From Bugula neritina (taxonomy: Eukaryota > Animalia > Bryozoa): a DNA stretch of 64,000 nt. The notes under the pieces are model-generated. The model did no database searches and was not told the DNA's origin. It saw only the letters and a program-made list of their open reading frames with translations. The stretch is taken from contig OZ037765.1 in NCBI GenBank assembly GCA_964035545.1, positions 7,698,698 through 7,762,697 on the forward strand. The letters run 5' to 3'. Numbering within the stretch: the stretch's first letter is position 1; each line of letters starts with the position of its first letter. Below, piece after piece: positions 1 to 11,200 of the stretch. Position numbers and translations under genes: made by a program.

Positions 1-450
1 TACATTATTAAATTATTATATGGTATATTATTATATTATTATATGGTATATTATTACATTATTATATGGTATATTATTACATTATTATATGTTACATTAT
101 TAAATTATTATATGGTATATTATTACATTATTATATGGTATATTATTACACTATTATATGGTATATTATTACATTATTATATGGTATATTATTACATTAT
201 TATATGGTATATTATTACATTATTATATGGTATATTATTACATTATTATATGTTACATTATTACATTATTATATGGTATATTATTACATTATTATATGGT
301 ACATTATTACATTATTATATGATATATTATAACATTATTATATGGTATATTATTACATTATTATATGTTACATTATTAAATTATTATATGGTATATTATT
401 ACATTATCATATGGTATATTATTACATTTATTACATGATACATTATATGT
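1..450. repeat. ~23-bp AT-rich tandem repeat (ATTATTATATGGTATATTATTAC)n
   Basis: Unit directly repeated from the window start; explains the spurious ORFs 43..438 and 66..332. Confidence 0.95.
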
Positions 451-576
451 ATTTCTCTTCAGGGCAAACAACCAAGAATAAAACGTCTAGCATGCAATAA
501 AGCAGTTATTTTATTGAACAATGGCAAAAGATAACTTAAGCCATAGTGTGAACAGCGAGTGCTTTATAAAGTTGTA

Positions 577-3500
577 CCTGAGAATAGCAAGCTGTAGCCG
601 GCAGGTGATGACGTCAGAGCTGAATTTAGAACAGAGACAGCAGAGGCTACAACACCAGCTCTCCGATCTGTATAGAATCATAGAGTATAGGGAGCATGTG
701 GTGATAATATTACCTGTGTTTATTATAGCAAATACTGTATAAGAAGATAAATACAACATGAATATAAATCCTACAGCTTGCCAAAATTTTTATGTAAGCC
801 ATTGTTATATACTATATAAACAGTGCATATTGTTTGCATCATGCATAACTTGTGCTATAATAATATTACACAGCATAATATAATACAAACTATATAATAT
901 AAATCATTACATTCTTATACTTGCAACCGTAACCTCAACATTTTAATTAAAACAGTGCTTATTTCAACATCATAAACAGACATGAGCACGCTATCAAATT
1001 ATAACTGGAGACGTATAGATTTATTCTCAATAAATATAATATAATCAACAGATAATATATGTGCACACCTTTACAACAGGCAATACCCTGTACATTTTAA
1101 AAGTTACAAAATAAAAATAAAATAATGTGCAAAACCACCCAACAAAAGCACATCACAGGTTGTACAGGTAAGCACCACACGACGTAATAACAAATACATT
1201 ACCTTCAAGATTAACGATTTCATCCTCACAGATTTTCAGTAAGAACTCTTTCAGGATATCTACTGTTGATTCCACCTGATCAATTATTGCAGCAACACCA
1301 TTGGTTTGAGTAGACATCAACTGCAGGCAATGTAGCAGACTAAACGTTCCTTCTTCTACTACTAATCTGTACAAATAGTGCATTGCCAATATACAAGGTT
1401 ATGAGTACTTATGAAATAGCATGTACAGAGAATAGAGTAATGAATGAGATATTAAACAATCAATTAAATCTCTAGTAAATCACAATGATAAAACTTTCCA
1501 AACTATTTGACTGCTGATAGTATGAAGAAAATTTATAAACTATTATCAACTTCTTTCAGATCACACGGAGCTGTCACAGCCGTGTCCTACAGTCACATGA
1601 CCCGTTGAGTCTGTGACACACTCACCCCAGTTGCTTCAACGCCTCTACTACAGCTGCGAGTAGAGTGACTGAACTCCAAGTCTTACACAACTCATCTGAC
1701 ACGTCTAGTATGTAGTCTAGTAGACTAGCCGTGTTGGTGAGAAGATCCTCTGTAATATACAGGTATCAGGTGATCATACAGGTATCAGGTGACTGTACAG
1801 GTATCAGGTGATCATACAGGTATCAGGTGACTGTACAGGTATCAGGTGATCATACAGGTATCAGGTGATCATACAGGTATCAGGTGATCATACAGGTATC
1901 AGGTGATCATACAGGTATCAGGTGATCATACAGGTATCAGGTGAACATACAGGTATCAGGTAAATATACAGGTGAACCAATGATACACTTGCTACACACT
2001 ACTCAGCAGGAAATAGGTCTGCTGTCATACAAATAAACTAGCTTCATATAACGAGAATTGATTTGAGTACTGGAAAACAATGTTTTAAGCATGATTAACT
2101 AGATAGCATGTGCAAATTGTGTCAGTAAATGAAAGTATAAATATAATAAATATAGATAGATAATAAAATTAAAAGCTTCTTTTTTACTTAAATTTTGAAG
2201 TTGAATGAACTCAGCCAACTTCAAGTAAAGAAAGTCCATGTGGCCAGAATCGAGGGGGTTGATGAATTAGTTGATACATTAGAATGTTTAATCTGGTATA
2301 AATGCTATACACAATAAGTATAAACTTGGTTTGCTCCTTATTTGCTTCAGCCCTTACTAGATACCAGTTTCCACAGCTAGAATGCTACTCTCAATACACA
2401 AAGTTGACTCACTGTTTACAGAACTTCTGAGGATGAACTTTATATCTTCTATATACTTGGTGTCCGAAGCGTATTCCTTCAACCAAACATCTCTACACTT
2501 TTCATTAGACAAAACAGTTGTGAGAAATCTCGTAGCTTCTACCAGAGTTGGGGCGTCAGTCTTTCCCAGCAAACTAAGGGACAATACCCTAAAAGAAACT
2601 TATGAATTGATAATAAAATAAAATCAAAAATAAAATTCAGGTTGAATATCTAAGCATATTATATTAGAATGAACTATATAACCATTTGCCCATACACCAC
2701 AATTTTAACCCAAGTTATTCTACTATCTGATTGAGATCTTGGACTAAACAACTGGAGTGTGTGTGTGTGTGTGTGTGTGCGTGTGCGTGTTGGGCTAGTT
2801 TGAGTTATTTGAGTATACATGCAGTATATGAGTGGGTATGCTGATAAATAAAGAAACTGATGGTCAGTATACCAGCGAATAGAATTCTTGCATATGATTT
2901 ACTTGCTAATTTCAAAATAATCAAAGACCCAACATTGTTGTTTCATATAAACTTGAGTGCAGCCTTTTTCCTTGTCAAAGTATTTCAAAATAAACACAAT
3001 GCAATACAATTTAGTAATTATGCAATTAGGTTGAATAAGAAAGTTTGGCCATGTTGTCATAGAAATAGTATCAATAATCCTTAGGACCTGATTATGTTGA
3101 CCTGTTTGTTTTTTAAAACGGTACACTATTTAAATCATGAGTTGTTCTAACAATCTAAACTAATGATTGGGCTCCCACGAAAACAATGGTATGCTAGAGC
3201 AGATTATATATGCTTTTAAAATTTTTGTCAAAAAGTAATAAAATGAAAGTCCATAATGTGGGACAAAACTACAAAAATTCATGCGTTTTCACTTGTAATT
3301 TTAAAGTTAAAATTATCTCATTGCTTGAGCAAGTTAATTTCGTTATGACACTATCAAAAGGTAAGTTACAGTGAAAATGAAGCTTTGCGTGCTGAAAACA
3401 GGTCCGTGTATTGCTAGTTATCATATTGCTAGTTATCATATTGCTAGTTATCATATTGCTAGTTATCATATTGCTAGTTAGCATATTGCTAGTTATCATA

Positions 3501-5448
3501 TTGCTAGTCAACAAACCTACACCAGAAACTGACTGTTTGCCATACTTTCACAGACACTTGCAGTACATGCCATGTTGCCCAAGATGCCAATAGCGATTTC
3601 CTACAATAGTATGGAGTCAGTGATGAGTAACAAAATATAAAAGTAAATTTTACACTCTGACAGCTAATGTACATTTTATCAACAAAAGTGCACCTTACTG
3701 TAGCAGACAGTGGGATAGTGTATATCTAAACATATACTGTTGCAGGTAAAATATATAATATACAACTATAACAGGAAATCCTGACTTAACCTGCAGGAAA
3801 TTTTATTAAACATTTTGTTTAGTTAAAACACAAGTGTTGTGTAGTATAAACAAATTTAAATGGACCTGTGATAACAGTCAACTGCGTTTTAGAGCCACAA
3901 ACTAGCAGCACCTGCATTCTACAGCTCATGTCATTCAACAAACTGTCATTTCTGATTGCATCAGGCTGTTTAGATCTTGTAGCTTACATTGAATGTAAAT
4001 TTATATGCCGGACTGATATTTAAAATACAATAATAATCAAAATTCCTTGTATTGCACCCAGTACCAAAAGTTGGTAAGTTAGCCAAATTTAGCTATGCAT
4101 TTAAATTTATTTATACACAACACTTGTTTCACTTGTGTCAGAATGTTTAATAAAATTTCCTGCAGGTGAAGTCAAGATTTCCGTTATTTGGGATCTAACT
4201 ATTAGTCTAGACCAGAAGGTTATAAATTTTGGGAACAAATGTATCCTTTTACTGAAATTTGACTCTCACAAACAATATTATAAATATCAAATCTATGAAT
4301 TATAACACTGCAATGGACCAGAAGTGGGAAGACTATTCCAACTATTAATGCTACAAGTTCAGGTCAGACAAGTACCGTGGCTCTAGGAGCATTAGACTTG
4401 GATATAACTTCTATGAGAATGTCTACAGCTTTAAATTCTTGAAGAAGTTTTGCTACATTTTCATCAGAGCTCATATCCCAGAGCTGACACAACTCGTCCT
4501 GCAGAGTATCGCTGATGTTGATGATGTCAGAGTCAGCAGTTGAAATGCTGTCGAGTTGAGCTCCGGCAAGCTGACGGTCTTTAGCAGGTGAGTCTGTAGC
4601 AGTTTCTAAAGCAACAATGAAACAAGGTTTTACTTAGCATAACTTATTAGTCCATATAACACGTTTAAAAGGTCGACATAGTATCCAAAACTATTACTAA
4701 TCAACTATGTATATAAACTGCCAATTATGAAATAAGAGTACCTTTCACGGACTTGCTATCATTCAATTGAGTTGAGCTGCTTTCATCAAGTGAAGATCCT
4801 TTAACACAATCACCCTTAGCGTCTGTATTTGAGACAGACTCTACAACACACATACAGTTATCAACACCACAAAACCTAGTTTAGTATAATTTATATAATT
4901 TATGCATATATTAGTAATAGTCGTTTTGAGTAAAATGTAACAAAAAATAGACAACTTTAAAAACATTTCACATCATATATTGCATTATTTGAATTAAAGC
5001 CGCTTGTTGAAAATAGCAGCAACAAAAAACAAACCTGAGGTAGTGGCAGCACTGTCAACAGGCTGTTCGATCACCTATAACAAAAATAATTTGAATTCAA
5101 CAACTATTACGCATTAAAAAAATAAAATTTAAAGTTTAAACTAAAATGTCTTGCCTTAAGAAGGTTCATTAAAGTACGGAATAGCCAATGTTTACTAAAG
5201 GCTGTTCCGCCAATATTGTCACTCAGGCCGAGAATTTCTCTGGGAGGAGAAGGGTTCCTCACGGGAGCGGGACTTTCACTTCCAAAAGCAATCATTGCAG
5301 GACTGCAGCCACCAGCAATCATTGCAGGACTGCAGCCACCAGCAATCATTGCAGGACTGCAGCTACCTAAAGGCAATGATGCAGAACTTCCTTCACTTGT
5401 GTCTGCACTACTCTTGGTCAGAAACCTCTCAACTTTTGATTCACTCAT
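577..5448 (-). CDS. SAAL1: Protein SAAL1 homolog (multi-exon, probably continues beyond the left edge)
   Basis: Exons approx. 5448-5155, 5074-5035, 4840-4742, 4605-4376, 3600-3521, ~2588-2414, ~1748-1540, ~1367-1203, ~668-577. Translations RNPSPP..DNIGGTAFSKHWLF, ELCQLWDMSSDENVA, EIAIGILGNMAC and DAPTLVEATR match SAAL1 motifs (RNPSPP/IGSTVYSKHWLF/WDMS/EICVGILGNMAC/DPPTLLETSR). Confidence 0.88.
1757..1975. repeat. 19-bp minisatellite (CAGGTATCAGGTGATCATA)n, ~11 copies, SAAL1 intron
   Basis: Directly visible tandem array abutting the acceptor of the ~1748 exon. Confidence 0.95.
2757..2790. repeat. (GT)n microsatellite
   Basis: Visible GT/GC dinucleotide run. Confidence 0.95.
3409..3509. repeat. 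15-bp minisatellite (TATTGCTAGTTATCA)n, ~7 copies
   Basis: Direct tandem copies; explains ORFs 3269..3514 and 3411..3593. Confidence 0.95.
3768..4187. mobile_element. MITE-like element with ~90-bp terminal inverted repeats
   Basis: Left arm GGAAATCCTGACTTAACCTGCAGGAAATTTTATTAAACATT..CAAGTGTTGTGTA..AAATTTAAATG (3768-3862) is the near reverse complement of 4098-4187; no ORF. Confidence 0.8.
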
Positions 5449-5769
5449 CTACATCAATACAATAATTGGGTTGCAAACAAGATGTTATCATTTTCTATTA
5501 TTCTAACTTTGATCATTAATGGTTGGTTGCACAAGCACTTCCATCTACAGCACCAGAAGGGGGCAAACTAATAATATTACTATTACTAATACAAGTAACT
5601 AATACTAAGTAACACAAACTGTAATACTAATAGTAAAAGTCTGTCACTGTCAGTCACTGACTGTGACTCTGACTGAGTCAGTGTGAGTATCTATGGTTAT
5701 TGTTGATGATGGTGTCTGACAATTGACTTAGACCTCAGGCTATCAGCTAAATACTTAATACTAACACTC

Positions 5770-6404
5770 TGTAGCGATTCAACCTATAACAGTTATAACC
5801 CAACACGCTGATATGTTTGGCTTCCCATCTTCATTCTATTGTTACAAGTACATTCTCTGGCTTATGGTTTGAGACAGATTAAAGATTACCTATCACACGA
5901 AACTAACCCAAACTTTCTTATCACAATATCTGTTTATCCACAAACAATTACAATAACAATTACAAAACATTGGAACACTCACTGACATAAACATGGTGCC
6001 CCGAGTGAGGAAGTTATCACACTGAACGCTACCTATACTACAGCTAGTTCCTGATACCTGATACAAGATAAGAAATAGTTATTGTAAACATGGCAACTGC
6101 ACAAGATTTTCTTATGCCCAAACCCCTGCAAGATGGTGCAGAGTTGTCCACCCAATGGTCCCGCTTCAAGGAAGAGTTCGACTATTACCTAATAGCTGCA
6201 GTAAAATCTGACAAAGAGGATAAAATAAAAATAGCCATTCTACTGCGGACCATTGGACCAAGAGGCGTAGACATATTCAAAAGTTTCAAGTTTGGGGAAA
6301 GAGAATCTAAAGATGTTTACAAGGATGTCCTAGGAAAATTTGACAACTTTTGTAAAAAGACCTCCAACAAAATAATCAAAAGACACCATCATCAACAGTT
6401 ATGA
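5770..6404 (+). mobile_element. 5' fragment of a Ty3/Gypsy LTR retrotransposon: putative LTR (5770-5993, TG..CA), PBS (5994-6010), truncated gag
   Basis: TGTAGC...AAACA is followed immediately by TGGTGCCCCGAGTGAGG (complement of a tRNA 3' end), then a gag-like ORF. The LTR left boundary is inferred; no pol or 3' LTR is present. Confidence 0.8.
6090..6404 (+). pseudogene. Truncated retrotransposon gag N-terminus (104 aa)
   Basis: QWSRFKEEFDYYLIA..KIKIAILLRTIGPRGVDIFKSF..YKDVLGKFDNFC is typical of invertebrate Gypsy gag N-termini; it ends abruptly. Confidence 0.75.
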
Positions 6405-8263
6405 CAGTATGAGTATGACTTTACCCGTAGGAGTATACCGTAGGACGTATGCCTATTGATATTGATATCCAATTTCATAGTCTTACAGTAACTGCATTAG
6501 ATTAAATAATTAATATCAATATGTTCACTGATTAGTTAGTTACTACTTGTAGTTGTAAGCTATTACTATTAGACTTACTTTTAGTATTAGTTATTTAGTA
6601 TTAGCTAACCAGTTGAATATACTCATACTGATACTGCATATATTTATATAATAACTGCATCATCATCATGATCAATAAGTATAACATTAACCGAGTTATT
6701 CATATTCATATTGATAATGATATTCATATTCATATTGATGCATTTATTATAATTCAAGCTAATAGTTTAAAGGGAGTGTAACACTGAAAGTAAGTATAAC
6801 ACTGATTCAAACTGTAAGACTAACTCCAAGTGTAAGACTGGGTGTAAGTTTAACTTTAAGACTAAAAGTAACTGTAAGTTCAAGTAAAGATTATAAATAC
6901 TAATTAGTAATTTCATATTTGCTTATTTGGCTGATGCTTTGTAAAATTGGAAAAGCACGTTTAAGGTCAAGGCTAAAAATTTAACCTTAGATCAAAAATT
7001 TGAAAAGCAAAGTAAATTAGCATGTAAATAATATGATTATGATGTCGTTCCTCCCCCAATAGAAACATAAAATGCTGTGGTGCAGCCACTAATTGCATTT
7101 GCAGACTAAATATCACTAGAAGCAGCACCAAGTTGGGGGCGCCTGAGTGCAGCATATTTTGTATAAACCTCGTTGTACAAACTCCAAACTCGAGACTCAA
7201 ACCAATGCACTTAGAGACCATTAACTTCGTGCTGTTTTAAGCAACTCTCCTGCAGGCTTTCAAAGGAGTGGGCTTTAATTTTTCGCAACATATCCTTATG
7301 TTATTAAACTAATAATAATTTAGACTGGTGCTATGATTACAATAAATCACTGTCAAATTTTAAGTAATAAATCTCTTTATTATAATTATTGGTTATTTTA
7401 CAGCGATAATAAATGCAATAGTTATTTGCTTTAAATTAACTTTGACAACTATTGTTAGTGTAACACTAACTGTAACTGTAACTTTTAAGTGTTACTATTA
7501 GTATCACTATTAGTATTATTATTACTCTAAGTCAATAACTATTACTATTAGTATTACTAAACTAAAACTAAAAGTAAATCTAATACTAATACTAATAGTA
7601 GTAATATTATTGTTAACTAATATTAACTATTGCTGTTAGATTTAGTATTATTATTACTATAACTTTCAAGTATCAGTATGAGTATGACTATTGGCAATAT
7701 AATTATTGAATTACTGTTATTGTTAGTAATACTAATAGTATTGGTATTACAGTCACTGTTTTATTTACAGCATATTTTTATTAGTATTATACTATTAATA
7801 TTAATATTTCTGGTTAATATTGCTATTAGTATTAATATAAATCTTAGTAATACTTTAACTTATACTAACAATATTACTATTACTATTACTATTACTGACT
7901 ATAACTATTACTAATGGTAATAGTAGTTATATCTGTTCAGTATTAATATATAAATTAGCATTTTTAAAATTTTTAGCTATCAAGCACTTTATAAATCATT
8001 GAAGAGCTTAAAATATGTGTATAAGAAACATAAATTTGATGTTATAAGAAAGTGAATGTATAATTTGAATGCATTGTGCAATGTCAAGTGATTTTTGTAA
8101 TTTTTTGTTTGCTGTATTGTAAAATGTCTTTTTGCAGTTTGCGATACGTTGTGCTGCTTAGAATTAGATAGTCTTATGCTTTTAAATGGCAGAAAATTCT
8201 TAAAAAGTGTTTTCATTTGTATTTTGTAGATGGTTGGATGATGGTGCTAAAAATTTGTTAAGC

Positions 8264-11200
8264 ATGTTTTGTAAATCTTTACTAGTTAAATTAGCTGCAT
8301 CAGTAAATCATCAGATTTGGAGAAATACTAAACTGTATGGTGTTACAGTTTGTTCTCATTTTTATCCTACTTCTGGTCATCAAGCTCATCTACAATACAG
8401 ATTATGCAGCAATTACTGTAAAACAAATCCAGATGTTGCTCCTGGTGCTATACACAATGTTAAGTCTATATGTTTGAAGTGGGCTGAACATTTTAAGCAT
8501 AAAAATATTCCTGAACCAGAAGTTTCTGCTGAGCTCATTGTTGCTCATGTTCTTGGCTTTAAAACAGTAAGTATTAGATTGTGACATTCTGGCTTCTTAT
8601 TTTGTGTCTAAGCAATGGTTTTTTGCAATAATTCATAGCTGAGGCTGGTTTTTTCGTAGATTTGTATATCTGACAAATGTGCTCTAATTGGTGGGTTTTG
8701 AGAAAACATCATTTAAATCGTTTAAACATGATATTTATTATTCAATAACTAGACTCATTAGAGAGATTATTGAAACGTGATAGTGAAAAGCTTCACCTTT
8801 TCTTAATTACTACATATTATTTTTCAGTTATGCTCTCTTTCTAGCATCTAGAAAAAAATCCCCTTCACTCCAAATGTTCATCATATTGTATTTGAGATCC
8901 AGTGAACGTTCGCCAGAAAACTGAGAAAATTTTGACAATTCCAATCATATAAAAATCTCCTGAAGTCAGTTGATTTATAGCTGCAATCTAGTTGCGAAAA
9001 CAAATCCTACGTAGTAACATAATACATAGTTTCTTATTTCCTACCATTAAAATAGAATACATATATTAAGAGAACATGTATCTTGTTTTACTTGTTTTCT
9101 AGTTAGCAGGTGTTGTTCCCTGGCAGATTGTACCTACAGTCAAAACAGATAAGATTAATAAGTTGTGTTTACTGCGACTTGAAAGGTATGTATAACTAAT
9201 ACTTCTTTTCACTTTCTTATATTTTTCAATATCTTTTAACCACATGGAGCAACTTTGTTCTAATGTAGATAGACAATTCCTTTTTATTCTGGGATATGGT
9301 TTTGTTATACTATAAATTTATAATTATTTCATGATTAATTTATAAAATTATAAATTCTATTTGTTGACTAATAGTTTTTTATTCTATTCAACATCTTCAG
9401 AATGCCTGTGCAATATATCATTGAAGAATGGGATTTCAGAGATCTTTTGCTGGAAATGAGGCCTCCTGTTCTAATCCCAAGACCTGAAACTGAGGTCGGT
9501 GAATGTATCTAGGCCCTAGGCCCTCGGGCTATGCCGTCTATTTAGAATTAATTTTTTGCTGACAGTGAAAAACGCAAAATTTTGAACATCTATAAAGGAA
9601 ATTAGGTTTTCATCTTTATAATATAAGATAGTATAATTTAGACTTAATATATTATATATATTTTTAATTCCATATATGTATTATAAAAAATATGTTGCAG
9701 GAGTTAATTGGTTTTATCCACCAATACCAAGTTTCTAATCACCTTCTACCACCGGAATGGATTTTAGATATTGGATGTGGCTGTGGAGCTATAATACTAT
9801 CTCTGTGCAAGGAATATCCACTATCTCAATGTATCGGCATCGATCAGTCCCCAGCTGCTTGTGATCTTTCTAGAAAAAATGCCAACAGCAATTCTTTAGC
9901 CGTTCACATTGAGAACATACAGTTTAATGACGATATTGTTAAAAGTAATAAACACAATAATACATTACTGTTTAGTTTTATCTTTATTATTGGCGTTATG
10001 AAATTTCAGACTTGCCATGCAACTATACACAGTTGTCTTCTCTATGTCGGTGATAGACAACTCCACTAACCACGACCGAGCTCAATAGTTCCATGTATAT
10101 TATAATAAAATCAATTTCGTTTCTGTCTTCTCATTTTATCACAAATATTCAATTTTTGTACTTGAAATTCTTGTAGCCATGTTTTATACCATTATTTAAT
10201 GAACACGATTTAGTAGACTAAGATGATAACCAAGATTTAAATGTTGTAGAAGAGAAGTTGTTTCATCATGGCTTTGATCTAATAGTCAGTAACCCACCAT
10301 ATATTAAGAAAGAAGATTTGGAGATACTACCTCCAGAAATAAAATGGTTAGCTATGTACAGATAATCTAATCAAGTCTGTTTTATGTAATCAATGACTTT
10401 GTTCTGTTAGACGTGTATAAAGTAGGGAACCAAATTGACACTTCATTCTTTTCACAATCAACATTTTCATATGATGTGTAAAATACTTGTTTAATGTTTC
10501 TAAACTCATTGGTGTGCATTTTACAATTTCCTTGTTTACACACCCACACTAAATAAAAAGTTTATTCAACAATAATTCTATTTCAACTTAAACTGTGAGT
10601 ATTTCTATTTCCTCATCAATGTACACAGTTCTGTTTACAAATTTCTCACTGTTTCGGCACCTAACCTTTTATGTGTTCACATGTGTGCCTTTATCTCATA
10701 TCAACTTTTCCTCATTTGAGTTGGTCACCCAATGTTATGCAACATACTGTTAACTGTTACCTTATTTCCTGTAACAGCTATGAAGATGTTTCTGGGGCAT
10801 TAGATGGTGGTGCAGACGGGCTGGAAATGATTGTATCTATTCTCAGGAATGCAAAATACTTACTAAATAAACAAGGGTGAGTGTATTTAGTTTATGCATT
10901 ACCTAATTAATAAAAACTGCGGTTTTGATTAGATTATATTATACTTACTAAATAAGCATAGGTAGGTTTCTCAGGTGTCTATAATACTTACCAAGTAAAT
11001 TATTCAACATCAGAAAAAAAATTCTTATTTGCTGAATGAGGTTTTCTTCTTTTATTAAAAATTGCTTTATCATGTTGATAAATTCTTAGATAATAGCTTT
11101 TCAATGTTTTCTGGGGTAATGTAGAGACTGCAAGCTGCATATAAACTTTTTTTGCACTCACATAGGTCATATTTTACTAGTTTCTGTTTTTGAACATTTT

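Noticed and set aside
43-438. 131-aa and 88-aa Y/I-rich ORFs
   Set aside because: Translations of the 23-bp tandem repeat.
1757-1975. Regular repeat array as CRISPR-like or as a recursive splice array (CAG|GT motifs)
   Set aside because: No unique spacers, eukaryotic context, and the CAGGT motifs are antisense to SAAL1.
5216-5506. + strand ORFs with PPAIIAGLQ repeats
   Set aside because: Antisense shadow of SAAL1 exon 1 and its 27-bp repeat.
7290-7299. U12-type donor ATATCCTT (similar motifs at 4241 and ~59378)
   Set aside because: No matching exon or U12 branch site; the other two are antisense to their host genes.
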